Source: Oopsacas minuta (taxonomy: Eukaryota; Animalia; Porifera). Taken from it: 64,000 nucleotides of DNA. The stretch spans positions 69,221-133,220 of the forward strand of contig JAKMXF010000002.1 in NCBI GenBank assembly GCA_024704765.1. The letters run 5' to 3'. Shown in pieces: positions 51,677-63,891 of the stretch. Position 1 is the stretch's first letter. Every line of letters begins with the position of its first letter. A model generated the notes under the pieces. It was not told the DNA's origin. It made no database searches and saw only the letters and a program-made list of their open reading frames with translations. Made by a program: the position numbers and the translations under genes.

Positions 51677-52890
51677 TCAAACAAATGATAGACGGTTCTT
51701 CACCATTGATTCTTCATTTCTCTGGTATTCAAGATCATATATTTTCAGTGTCTTTTCGAGACATTCCATAAATGCCCATAGGTTAGGCTTTTTTACACGG
51801 ATGAGAGACTTTAAACCCCGATGATATACTTCAGAACAGTTATTAGTTGTTTGAATAGGATGGGATATTGATAAATCATTTCTGTTAATCCATTCTCTCT
51901 TTATGTAACTCTTAAGCCTTTGAAGATTAATAATCACATGATCATTCATATTTTGTAGATTAACTCCAGATAACAATCTATAGACTGGTAGAATTTCTTC
52001 TTCAGGTAACATGGGAAGTACCATAACAGACCTAACCCATCCATTAAACTCAGAGTTCTTTGTTTACGAAGAAGTGAGATGTAGCTTTGTTAGCCTTTTC
52101 CAAATAACTCTCGAAAAATGAAACAGGCATACTGATACTTCTATCGAATTGAAAGCTGTGCGAAATGAATTTCTTGATGCCCTTTCATAGTCACCTACAG
52201 CTAATTTTGGTTTGAAATCAGGCATAAATTCTGCTACCTTTGGCAGAACAGCACCATAGAGAGATTCTGATTTTTTGACATTAAAATATGTACGGCTGGC
52301 AAAGCATGATGACCTTCTTGTAGGAAAATAGTGAACAACTGGTAAATTAATTTGTGGACAACAAAAAATGTTGCATCAAAATTGATTGCATCAGTATTTT
52401 TCAGAGGTTCAAACATAAGATAAGACCAGAATACAGCTGCAAAGCCTTCTGATTAGATTATCATTGTTCGGAAAAAGTGGGGCTAATCGTGTTTGTTCGA
52501 TCATTACTTCAAATTGTTCAGGCGTTAGAGGATTCCCTGGTAATTCAAGTTTTCTTCTTTTAACCATCGTATTTCGAACACTGCGATAACTCACTAATGC
52601 ACCTGCTTGATCCGTAGAAATCACACCATCAAAGATTTCCCTTAGATTTCCTGTTGACGATTCTGCAGCACGTTTGATTCTATTATTCAGAACTATTACA
52701 CTGGATTCGTAGGCGACTTCATTGTGATTATGATCTTTTTTCGGTAAAAAAGATTAGTTGTGAGATCAATTCGCCCTGTACCATGACATTCAATTTCTTT
52801 GCACCTCCACAAGGGTACACCTCAATTAAATGGATGTTGAAGACGAGGAGGACCGAATATATCGACAGCATTGACATTCATAGTTAACAG
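51677..52890 (-). pseudogene. MULE transposase remnant with FLYWCH-like N-terminus
   Basis: LWRCKEIECHGTGRI...HNH, FDATFF, QLFTI, VGDYERA, VCLFHF, TTNNCSEVYHRGLK...KPNLWAF; several frameshifts. Confidence 0.9.
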
Positions 52891-53573
52891 AACCTATTTG
52901 TTTACCTTCAATAACACTATATTCCATTGATTGAGATGAATAAGAGCGATGCATAAAATATTCAAAGACAATACAGTTTATGAAATCAGAACCATTGGAA
53001 TTTCTAGATGTTAATACAATTTTAATGGTAAATTAAAAGTGGCACAGAAGTGGCAATCATGTCAGATCAAAACCGTATACCAAGGTACAAATCTATAGGT
53101 CGCACAGACTCACACTGAACACTTTGATAATTTTCAGTTCTTAATCGTAAACAGTGTGGCCTGGAGAACGAAAACGGAAACGCAAACAAGAGACAAAAAA
53201 TACAAAACAAATAAGCACTGAGATCAATACAGAGCCTCATACTAAAGTATAGTCGGCACAGTAAAAACTGCAAAAAATATAGCTGAACATCTAAGCCTAT
53301 GGAATGATGTTTAAAGATGGGACACACACATTGAATCTAACACTAATTTGCGATCGGAATAATCTAACAATGAGTTCAAAGTGATGATTTCAGATCAAAA
53401 TAGTACACATTAGATCGTATTAGTCGTTCAATCAATAATTTTGGTGACGTAACTTCTATTGGACTGATTTCAGCCACAGATATTTTGCATGTACACTAGT
53501 TCTCGAATTGATAAAAAGAAATCTTACGTTAGTTAACTAAATTATATAACTCGTGATATTTATGTGGTAAATA

Positions 53574-56357
53574 CAGTGGCGTCGTGCTTGGAAATTTTCT
53601 GGGGGGGCACAGAGTCAATAATAAATCCCAAAAGAGTTATAAATATCATAATAAAAGTACTCGAACTCTCTTTGGTTCAAACTATATTTCAAGTAATCTA
53701 TGGAAAATACTATTATATTTGTAAATTAGTGTTCATATGTTCAGTACTGATATACACTATTTCCTGGGAGTATTCCAAAATCTCTCGTGAATTTTCTCAA
53801 ATGTTTTAGGGACTGAATTCATTCTGTTAGATTCAATGGACAATAACAGTAAATTACTTAACCTGTCTTCACACATCGTGCTACGTAATCGAGTCTTAAT
53901 AAGCTTTAATTTTGAAAAAGAACGTTCACATGCGGAGGATGTCACTGGTAGTGTAAGAATCAACCTATATAGAATGTTCAAATTGGGATATAATTTGGCT
54001 ATTCCTTCTTTGACCATATAAAGATAAAGTTTATGAATTCCAATTTTCCCGATATTGGATAATTCAATTGATTTCGCAAGAAGTTTGTATTCATATTCTA
54101 TTAAATCTGCGTCGAAGTCGCCAATATAATAACTTGCTAGTACTCTTAAATCCTGTATATTTTCAGCTTTAGGAGGATTTAAGCATTCAATAGATTTGAG
54201 AAGAGGCATGGTTTCATGTGAGAATCTACTCTGAAGCGCTTCTTTAATCAACTCTATCACATCATTAAAGAATTGCTCTTTCATACGCTCTTTTCCAGTT
54301 AACACTATTGGTACATGGTGTTCACTATCATCCAACCTTGTAGGTACCTTCCTGTGACGTGGTTCACTATATGTGACGCCAATATTCTCAGCAATTTTTT
54401 CAGCTTGTAAATATAATTGATCAAAGTATGCTTCAGTTGTATATCCTTGTAATGTACTAATCAAAGATTCAATATGTAGACTTGCTGATGATATGTTAAG
54501 ATCTTCATTTTGAAGATATTTTGAAATGATATTACACAATTTGAGGATATCTGTAAAGGTAACTAAACATAGACAAAATTGGAAATCTATACATTTTGAT
54601 AGAGAGAAAGCATCTGACGCCACACCAGAATCATATTTACCATCGCATATAAAGAATCTAGAACTTTTAGAAGAACACTAATATTTTCAAGCAAAACTTG
54701 GCATGCCTCTGCACGGGAAGACCATCTAGTATCGCTTAGTGATTTAAGTGTACCTATTTTCTTCCCTTCACCCTGACTGGCATAGCATTTCATCTGAATA
54801 TCTTAAATAACCCATGTCTCTTTGTGCTACCCTCAATAAATGCGTACAGCTTTTCCATTATTCCAAAGAAATTTCTAGTGATCACATTGCGTTTACAAGT
54901 ATCAATAATAACTAGGTTTAACCGATGCGCATAACAATGTACAAAATATGCTTTAGGGTTCTTTACTTTAATTAAATTTTGGACTCCATTATATCTACCA
55001 GCCATTGTTGCACATCCATCATAACCTTGACCACGTAATGATTCGATCAATAATCCGTGCTTACTGAAAACTTCAACAATGGTTGTCACTAACCCTACAG
55101 CTGTACAATTCGCCACTTCAATCAAGTCAAGTAGAGATTCAATTATTTCACCATTTATATTGACATATCTTACTACAATAGATAACTGATCTTTCTTAGC
55201 TATATCTGGAGTAGTATCTAAACAAATTGAAAAAAAGTGAGCTATTTGAATATTTTCAATAATATCTTCCCTCAAGATTTCGGCACTATACTGAATCATT
55301 TCATTCTGAGAAGTAGGTGATAAATAACTGGGATAACCTTTTGGATTTGCTTGTCCTTTTTGTAGATGAATCATTAAAGGTGGGTGATAACGAGAAATAA
55401 GTTCGACAATTCCCTTGAAAACACCTTTATTCGCAAACACTTCTCCTTCATTATGACCACGAAAAGGCAAGTTCAATTGAGCTAATGTAATAACTACATC
55501 AATCAGGAGATAAACAATATCTTTTCTTGATTGCCTTTCTTTATTTGCAAGAGATAATGCTTTCTTCATATCTTCGCTGATGAGGACATCTACTGGAGTT
55601 TCATGTAAATAACTAGTCCATTTTCCATGCACATGGAATGATTTTCACTTTTTGAATGTTTATCGAATCCCCTATTTTTCTCTAACGTATGTGGCCACTG
55701 TCTAAAACCATCTTCCACAAATGTTCTATCATATTTATTTAATGCAGAACCGAAAACACGACAGGGAAAGCACAAAGCCGAATCATTATACTTATTATAC
55801 TCCAACCAGGGTCTTGAAATATACCAGTTTGCCTGAAAAGCCCTCATTTTCCCATGAAATAATGTCTGAGGGTATGAGTTATTTGGTAGTTTCAGTCGTA
55901 TAGGTCCATATTTGATGTATTCAGCACGAAGTAATCTGTCTACTGGAATTACAAATTCTTGTCCCATAGCATCGTTCAACAACGATGCATTCACAAACGA
56001 AGTCTCAGATTCTATAGAACTATTAGTGACTACTACATCTGTAGAAGTATCACTTGATTGAATAATTGGAGGAGAACATGGTGACAAAGGGTGAAAATAT
56101 TTATCCAAATTCATTGACGAACAAAAGATAATAACTATATACGAAAGTTAGGAAAAAGAATCAAATAATGTTCTAAATTGATATATAAAACAAAAAATTA
56201 AGGGTTGGCCTATGTACATGATGTAACTATCAGTAGTATGCATCAAGACCAAAAGCGAAAAGCATTAGTCAATTCGGAGAAATAAACTATCTGGAGGCGG
56301 CTCATGAAATTTGGGGGGGCCCTGGCCCCCCCGGGCCCATAGAGCACGACGCCACTG
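53574..56357 (-). mobile_element. Full-length hAT transposon
   Basis: Perfect 15-bp TIRs CAGTGGCGTCGTGCT, perfect 8-bp TSD GGTAAATA (53566-53573 and 56358-56365), 2784 bp. Confidence 0.98.
53757..56114 (-). CDS. hAT transposase (TTF-type zinc finger, DUF4371, hATC dimerisation domain) split by three frameshifts
   Basis: Four abutting ORFs (55590-56114, 54790-55632, 54587-54793, 53757-54623) with CFPCRVF, PFRGHNE, LDTTPD, QGYDGC, HCYAHRLNL, DTRWSSR and LPVTSSACERSFSKLKLIKTRLRSTM. Confidence 0.93.
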
Positions 56358-56979
56358 GGTAAATACAAGTACTCATTTTTTCGATCAAAGTTCGACTGAA
56401 GATATTGTAGTAGAACTTTGATCAAAGATTTGCTTTTTCATCATTCCATCAGAGTTTACATAAGAAAATTTGATCAAAGTTCTACAAAAAATTCGATCAA
56501 AATTTACAGATTCGCCTAGAATCTTGAAATAGTAAATACTGTTCTTTTGCTCCAATCTTTTCTAAGCATTTATCTGAACTGCTCTTGGTGAACTCTTCAA
56601 TACAGGATTGAACTTCAAGGGGGGGGCTAGCAGCGAGCAAAGCGAGCGACGGTAAGGAGGGGCTTGGAGACTTCCCCCAGAAAAATTCTTAAACGGTCAA
56701 ATATCAATGTTTTGTGCTGTTCACATATATCCAATAATTTTAACTAACTTTAATCCATGAATTCTGGTAAAGAATACTCAGACGAGATACAAATGAGCTT
56801 CCTCTAATCTAATCGCCACTCTGTCTTCGAGTTCGACAATTCAACATATTTAATGAGTGTCTAGCTTATTCATTTAGAATTGAAGTAGGCAAATTCGATT
56901 TTCAATCAGTCCGCAACTCAAAACTAGGATTCTAGCCTTCTTGGACTACTGTTTGCAAATTTCGAGATTGCATTTCTAG

Positions 56980-57640
56980 TGTTCACATAGAGGTCCTTGT
57001 TACAAGAAAAGATAGCAAGACTTGAAATTCGTTCAACCATAGTAGATATAAAGTATGTTTTAACAATCCTGAGATCACTGAAGGACCGCTCTGATTACAT
57101 GATGTAACAGGAAGGGTTAGTATAATCTTTAGTAGTGTAAATTTTTTGGGTATGTGCATTGAACTTCTTTCTTCTTTAATAAACTGAGTATCATTCATGT
57201 TAATGGAATTCGTTAGGTCTACATTTCTGCTGCACCATCTTAGAAAAACTTGGTATTCTGCTGAGAAAGAATTGCCCTGTATATCAGCATGTCCTTCTTA
57301 CACTTAGAACTCTGCCAGCAATGCAATGTTAGGTGATGCTAAGTCAGGAGATTGTAAGGCCTCCTAGCTAAATATTCCCAAAGCTGTAAGATGTCATCTA
57401 CATTTCCAAGCAGTCTCTTGTGAAATTGGGAAGTTAATCGAGCACTGGAATGTACAGTACTCTTCTATAATAAAATTCAGTGCCCCCATCATCAAATTCA
57501 AGCCTCTTTGCTCTTCATCTTTTGAACGTACTTTGATCCCAACCGCCAGTCCAACTTCTCTTTCAGAACATATATTAAAAGCTTCTACAAATCTTATCTT
57601 GCAAAGTGAATCAAATTATCTGCTTATTACATACGTTCAA
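56980..57640 (-). pseudogene. Second hAT transposase, C-terminal remnant
   Basis: LLKIILTLPVTSC followed, across a frameshift, by an ERSFS...KTYL-like hATC segment; degraded. Confidence 0.7.
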
Positions 57641-57756
57641 TTCTGGTTATAATGTAATACATACTTACTATATGGTATCAGTGAACACAGATTCACGGAT
57701 GCTGAAAAACATAATTTTACAATATCACGAAAAGTAGAGCCAATTGACCAGAACTA

Positions 57757-57774
57757 NNNNNNNNNNNNNNNNNN
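57757..57774. other. Assembly gap (18 N)
   Basis: Run of N directly visible. Confidence 1.

Positions 57775-57861
<87 letters not shown>
57775..57861. repeat. (TAA)29 microsatellite abutting the gap
   Basis: 87 nt of perfect TAA repeats; true length unknown because of the gap. Confidence 0.98.
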
Positions 57862-57864
<3 letters not shown>

Positions 57865-57889
57865 TAGCATCATTGTGAAGGCATTCAGA

Positions 57890-58018
57890 ATCAAAAGTGG
57901 ATATTATAAGATATCCTATAGGATTTGGAATTCTTATTGGATTCCTTATGGAATTTCAGGATTGCCACAGAAATCCTGTGGGAATGGGAATTGAAATTCC
58001 TTTCCCACGGCAACCCTG
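57890..58018. mobile_element. hAT-like terminal fragment
   Basis: GGAAT/ATTCC subterminal repeats ending CCCACGGCAACCCTG (reverse complement CAGGGTTGCCGTGGG). Confidence 0.55.
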
Positions 58019-58888
58019 ACTGTTACAATAGTGAATAGGTCATCGACTGCTATTCCTCTTAGATCAGTGAATTGCCCTGAGCGGATCCTCCTTTACCGAA
58101 TTTAGTCTACAGTTTCCCTTCATTAGAGAATATCCTTACTTGAGACAACCTGTATCTGCTAGTATTACATTCAGTTGTTTATCTAAACAGAAGTACACAA
58201 CTTCATTCAATATATCTTTGTGAATAATACATCTAGTCAGTGTGCCTTGTTTAGAGAAAGATTGTATAGGATAATCCGAGTCTATAAAACAAACATACAT
58301 CATCTCTAGCTAGTGATATAACCGTGGATAACATATTTGATTATCTTGCTCGCCTCTGCAACAATGACTCTATTTCAATTGAATAGGAGTGTTTCTTCAA
58401 GCTCCCGTTATATCCAGGATGGATCTAGGTTCATCAAATAAAGGTAGCCTCCTTCAAGCAGCTTTTGCCCGCCATTACTTGTTGTGATCAGCCGGAAGGA
58501 GGGCTGATCAGGGTCCATTGATAAAATGAAGAGTTGTTAAAAGAACATAAAATGTAGCAAAATAATATTTGGCTGATAATGCAAGCTGTAAAATAATACA
58601 GTTGCAACATTTAAATAGAACTACACAGGTGATTTTCCATGTTTACTGGCAAACATACAAATTAATTTCGCATCTTCTCCATCAATGGAATTAATTACTA
58701 CGTATGCATTCCTCTTATAAATTCATTACCTCTACTATTAATCATCTTACCTCTCTTTGCTAACACAGAACTTCTATGTTTAGGTTTACGATATCAATAC
58801 TGTCACATTAGATTCTTCTGAAATAATTCATCCAAAATTAATTTATTATATTTACAATATTATTTAGTCATGTAAACCTGTTAAATTC

Positions 58889-59717
58889 TTAACAAAATTG
58901 ACCAAACAAAAGTGGAACGAAATGTCGGTATCCGGCTTCCTCGATTGCTTCTTTAGGTATCGAAGTATCCATAATGGCCGTATCTTTAGTGCCTTTGCTT
59001 CTCAGTTCTGTATTTGAATCTACGGTAGCAACGTATTCGGAATTAGGATGTTGTTGTCCTCCTTGTAAACGTATCAGTATTTGAGCTCTTTTCATGGCTT
59101 CATTGGATGTTCGTACGACCGGAGAGGTACGTATACTATCATACACCGACTTGGAAAGTCCGCGAATATACTGTCCAAATGAACAGCTGTTCTCTAGCTT
59201 CCTCGACCATTTCAGGAATGCTTTCTTAAGTAAGCGTTTGAGTTCAAAAAGAACTTCTGTGGACACTCGCCTGGATGTATAGTCCTCTCATGAAACCCAC
59301 TTACTGAAGTGAATTTAATATCCTCGGGATTAAAAGCCTCTCGCAATACGGTCAAGACCCTCTTGTAGTCCTTTCGATCATCCATATTCAGAGATTTGTA
59401 AACGTCTAAAGCTTCCCCTTTTAGACGTGTAGCCACCATCAATGCCTTCTTTTCATTAGACCATTTATTCGCCAAAGAGCATATTCAAAATGATCAATAA
59501 ATTCCTCCACGTCACCGTTTTCAAATTTCTCTACTTGAACAAGTTTGCCATTTACTGCTAACCACTCTCTGCTACCAATAAAACCGATTTAACTTGGTAA
59601 TATACAATACAATAGTTAAAACTAAAGATAATCATAATATCTTTGCAATCTCAAATATAAGTGAATCTTGTCTGAATATCTTCTGTTTAAGCTAATCCTA
59701 TTTAGAACCCCGTTACA
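58889..59717 (-). mobile_element. 5' part of a Ty3/Gypsy-like LTR retrotransposon (short LTR, PBS, gag); pol absent
   Basis: LTR-like start TGTAACGG at 59717; PBS at 59560-59577; gag-like KFENGDVEEFIDHFE, ANKWSNEKKALMVATRLKGEALDVY and FGQYIRGL. Confidence 0.8.
59560..59577 (-). promoter_or_regulatory. Primer-binding site complementary to initiator tRNA-Met
   Basis: TGGTAGCAGAGAGTGGTT versus the complement of the conserved tRNA-iMet 3' end (TGGTAGCAGAGGATGGTT): 16/18, first 11 nt exact. Confidence 0.85.
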
Positions 59718-60103
59718 TAAACAATGATTAGCTCAGGATGTGCTGTATATTAACATTGGATACATGTAAGAAAATGCATGTTTATAAATTACTTACATTG
59801 TATGTAATATGGTTACAAAAAATAAGATAAATATATTTCTTTATACAGCGTAATGACGATGTGCTGAAATTTAAATCATAATTCACCTAAATAATGTTCC
59901 AGAATTTGAAATCCAAAACTATAAATATGAATTCAAACACATTGGGAGTAGCGAAAAGAAAAATCAACACATCATGAACTGTAGAATAATAATCTGCTTG
60001 TTTGCACTGTTTGCAGCTACATATGCTCAGTTCCCTCAACTCTCCAGGAGCTACTCTTTTGAAGGAACAGCAACATTAGTTATTACAAGGAATACCGCTC
60101 GTA

Positions 60104-60320
60104 CTACGGTCTACACACGATATTACGTAGCTCTAACTTAATTGCCGACATCTGCACTACGTTTAGTATGTGTTCTTGGTTTGCACAATTTTTAGCAAGT
60201 AAATTAGTTTTCAATTGGTTATACAATGATTCTGTACCGATAATAATATGAGAGAGGGCTCGGTAAAAGCAATTACGGTCACCTATTACTGGATATAAGT
60301 TAATATTGCGTCCAATAACT
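60104..60320 (-). pseudogene. OTU-like cysteine protease fragment
   Basis: YPVIGDRNCFYRALSHII matches the OTU catalytic GDGNCxYRAxS motif. Confidence 0.7.
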
Positions 60321-60329
60321 GTGATAGCC

Positions 60330-62275
60330 TTAGGTTCCTCCTGATGGGTAGTTGCCCTCACATACGATAACCTTCAAACCTCTAGGGTTCTGTACTCTAC
60401 TCAATGCTACGTATAGTTGGCCTTGGCTGAAAATAGCATCAGAAGATGGTAGAAATATTCCTACAGATTCCAAACTCTGACCCTGCTCTTTATTGATGGT
60501 GATACAGAAGGCAGGGCGAATAAGGAATTGCTTCCTTTTGAGAATCGAAGGGAATTCTGTCTCGGAAGGCACATCATTATGGAAGGGATAAACACTCGTT
60601 TACCACTATGTGCGCCTGTGGCGATTTCTGCGTCAATGACATGGTTTAAGAATGCTCTCAGTCAAGCGAGAACCATTCCACATATCTTGCGTAGGACCAA
60701 GGCTTCGCAGTAATATTATAGAAGAATTCACCTTAAGATTAAGTCGGTGCGGAGGCAACTAGATAGTGTAATGGATTTAGGAATTCAGTTGGATATAAAG
60801 CTGCCTGAGCCTGCTCTACTGAGTCCGCACTCAACAATACATATGTATCTCTAGAGAGTTGGTTCATAACATAATCGTTGATGCATTCAGTTGTTTCGTT
60901 TTTAGGAGACATCATAATATGTGAAGTAATATAATCACGATCATTGTATTTTTCCTTGATATCTCCAATAATATTAGCGGCCTAGTCTCCAATAGTTTCA
61001 CCGCGTACTATATACTTAGCATCTAGGTGAATCATGTTAGATTCATTCTCAGGTTCAGTGCCTTCTTCTACTCGGAATAAGAAGTCTGAGAAATTGCTTA
61101 CTTCTACTGAGTCCTGTTGGTCTAAACTTTGTACGCGAATGTTTATAGTCAACATCATAACTTTTACATGATGCCAGAGTGGTGATCTATTGGTACAGGC
61201 AGATACTACCTGTGCTCTGGTAGTATGCCGACTTACAGGGAGAATCTGGCGGAAATCTCCTCCAAATGGTAGCTTACAGAAACAAATCTCTCTTAAACTA
61301 CGATCTATATACTCAGCAGCATGTCTGTGTACCATTAAAGATTCACCCAGACTAATAGATTCGCGCTTTGCATCAGTTTTGCTAGTGCGCTAGGTTGGGG
61401 ATGTTACAAACTGATATACATTCAAGGGAGTCGGCACCTTCTATCTAGAATGAACTGTCCTTCCGCCAGTAAGCAGAAGGGCTGCTATGCCTGATGAAGC
61501 CATAGTTAATGCGATATATCCTTCTTATCGCACTTTAGCTAATTGAGTGTTGTACAGAAATGTCTATCCAGTACCTCCTGGTCCATCAATGAAGAAAGCT
61601 CTCTGTTCAACACTCGTATCAGTAATTGCCTCCATTATACAATTGTATATTTCATACTGATCAGGGTTCAGTAGAGGAATAGTAGTCCCTGAAGAAAGCT
61701 TGGTGGTGCACATAAAACTCTAATTCATCTTGAATAACTTTAGGTTGATCATGTGGAGTGGTATCCCTCTAAATTCACACAGAGGATTTTCCTGCTTTGC
61801 AAGCCGGTACTCAATATCTAACCACGCACTATTCAAGCTATGGTAATCCAATTTAGTGGTAGGAGAAATAATTCTAGCTCTGAAAAGAAAAGAAAGTCTT
61901 CAGCCAAAGATGCCTTATGTTTATTCAATAAAACTAATGGGTCAGCAGGTTCGTTAAAAATAAGTAGTGTGACAAAGAGTTGACGTAGTTCTGATGAACG
62001 TAAATCAGCCTCTGTCAGACAATTGTCACACTCTTGGTCATCTTCAAATAGACCTCGTCTGCGAGACGCTTCCTTGAGGTATGCAAATAGACCATCAGGG
62101 AGTGTTTGGATATCCTTGTAACTGCGACATCCAGTTACATGGTGTAGGAGTATTCTCAGGTTGAAACGTTCCCCTTCAATCGGGTGGGCTGAATATACTC
62201 GACCAATCATGGTACCATGACCCATTTTATTTCTTTCCACTCATATGAGGATGTATCCCACACAAACTAATCTTA
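60330..62275 (-). mobile_element. Helitron RepHel remnant (PIF1 helicase and upstream linker)
   Basis: [78 protein letters not shown]. Frameshifted; Rep HUH motifs and termini not seen. Confidence 0.93.
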
Positions 62276-63022
62276 AAGAGGTTGCACTCTATCTATGTGG
62301 TCGGAGTAAAAGTAGAATATACTTTAAAAGTGCATTTTAGCTGTATTTATCGAAATGTAGAATAAATTTTTGTAGAAATCATAATGCTTAATAATGTCAG
62401 AATAATTTAATAATGATAAAGATGAATCTGAAAAAGGAAATATCTAATTCTGAAATGAGAACATAACAGTGCACAAGCTGAAATCAATAAAAATGAAACA
62501 ATTGAAACAGAACTAATTCAAAACAATTGAGAAGAGAAAGTTAGAGAAAAGAACATCAATCAATAATTTTATAATATATATTATGATGATAAAAAGAGAC
62601 ACACGATGAGATTCAAACGCTCTCAGGGGATGGGGGAGGAGTCAGTTGTCCTGTAGGCTCTACTTCGTGCTTTTTGATTGACATTTTCTTGAATGCAGGT
62701 TCTATAAATATGAAATATAATAAATTTTGAAACATATAAGAGACTAATTCATATAATCAATATCGGATTCAGCATATTCAAATATATTTAGTCAAATTTA
62801 TTGAATTCTGCTTTATCTAATGCACTTCGCTTGCCAGGTCGCTGCGACACGACCTTATGTTAAGGACTTCTTGCATTGGATTTAACTTAGGATTGGCCCC
62901 AGACAGGGGCGTGAAGGTGGCGTGGCTCGTTTGGCGTGGATGGATTTGTAAGCATTCAGCCACTTCACATAGATAACTTTAATTGAATTGAGTGACAATT
63001 AAATAACCTCCGATAGTAATGA

Positions 63023-63102
63023 AATTTTGTAACGGTAATTAAGCATAAAGTACTCATACTAAGAAGTATGAGTACTTTATGCATAATTATCGTTACAAAA
63101 TT
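63023..63102. repeat. Near-perfect 80-bp hairpin (38-bp stem, 4-nt loop)
   Basis: AATTTTGTAACGGTAATTAAGCATAAAGTACTCATACT-AAGA-AGTATGAGTACTTTATGCATAATTATCGTTACAAAATT; 2 mismatches. Confidence 0.95.
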
Positions 63103-63597
63103 GACAGTATTTCAAAATTCAGATTATTTGGACCATCACTAATTGTTTTGCGTTACCTTCGTAGTTCAGGTATTTATGTTTCATAATTGTAATATTTTAT
63201 ATTATTTATAGTTAAAACAAATCTATAAAAATTGTTACTGTCGTTTTGATAAAAGTAATTGAGTATGATTGTTTGTAGAATTCTACATACATTGAACCAG
63301 ATAGAAATTTAGCTAGTCATACCATCAGCATCGAATAATTACAAAAGTATCATGAAAACTTCACTACTGGATTCAGATATGAATGCTTCTCAGTGGGCCA
63401 CTTTTTAATGTAAGCCTTTTACGTTTTACGTGATCTATTTCAACGTATTATACGTCTGGGTCAACCTCGAAATATGAGATTTTAGGTTGTTAGGCTTGTT
63501 TAAGTCACATTATCATCAAATATTATATTATTTGGTTTACTATGCTGAGATTTCTCATTAATAATTCGAGAACTCCTGTTTTGATCCAAATATTTAT

Positions 63598-63710
63598 TGC
63601 AGAAATCAGCCTAATAGTAGTTGCGTCACCAAAAATTGGAGATATATGCGTATTACGTAATTAGTCTTCATTGAAAGACGTAGAAAACTAATTAAGTTAG
63701 ATTACATGTA
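63598..63710 (+). repeat. Diverged fragment related to the MULE left TIR/subterminal region (51255-51360)
   Basis: Shared GCAGAAATCAGCC.AATA..AGTT.CGTCACCAAAA and TACGTAAT.AGTCTTCA.TGAAAGA blocks. Confidence 0.7.
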
Positions 63711-63891
63711 TCGGAAACTGGTGTCATAATCAAACAGGAAAAACGGACCATTTGCATATGAAAACGGGAAATTAGGTAATGTATACAAAGATTATATTAT
63801 ACAATCTCTACGTTTATAGATGATAAATTCATACCAAATAATTTTTATATATAATAGACGAGGCTTACGCACTAGAACTGACTGGTGTGAC

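Larger units (their letters stand above)
51045..56516 (-). mobile_element. Mutator-like element (MULE) with ~260-bp TIRs; right TIR interrupted by hAT
   Basis: 51045-51303 is an inverted match to 53417-53573 plus 56358-56516. TSD not identified; outer ends approximate. Confidence 0.8.

Noticed and set aside
58485-58510. 9-bp GC-rich stem-loop as the Helitron 3' hairpin
   Set aside because: No CTRR terminus at the expected distance on either strand, and it is separated from the Helitron by the Gypsy fragment.
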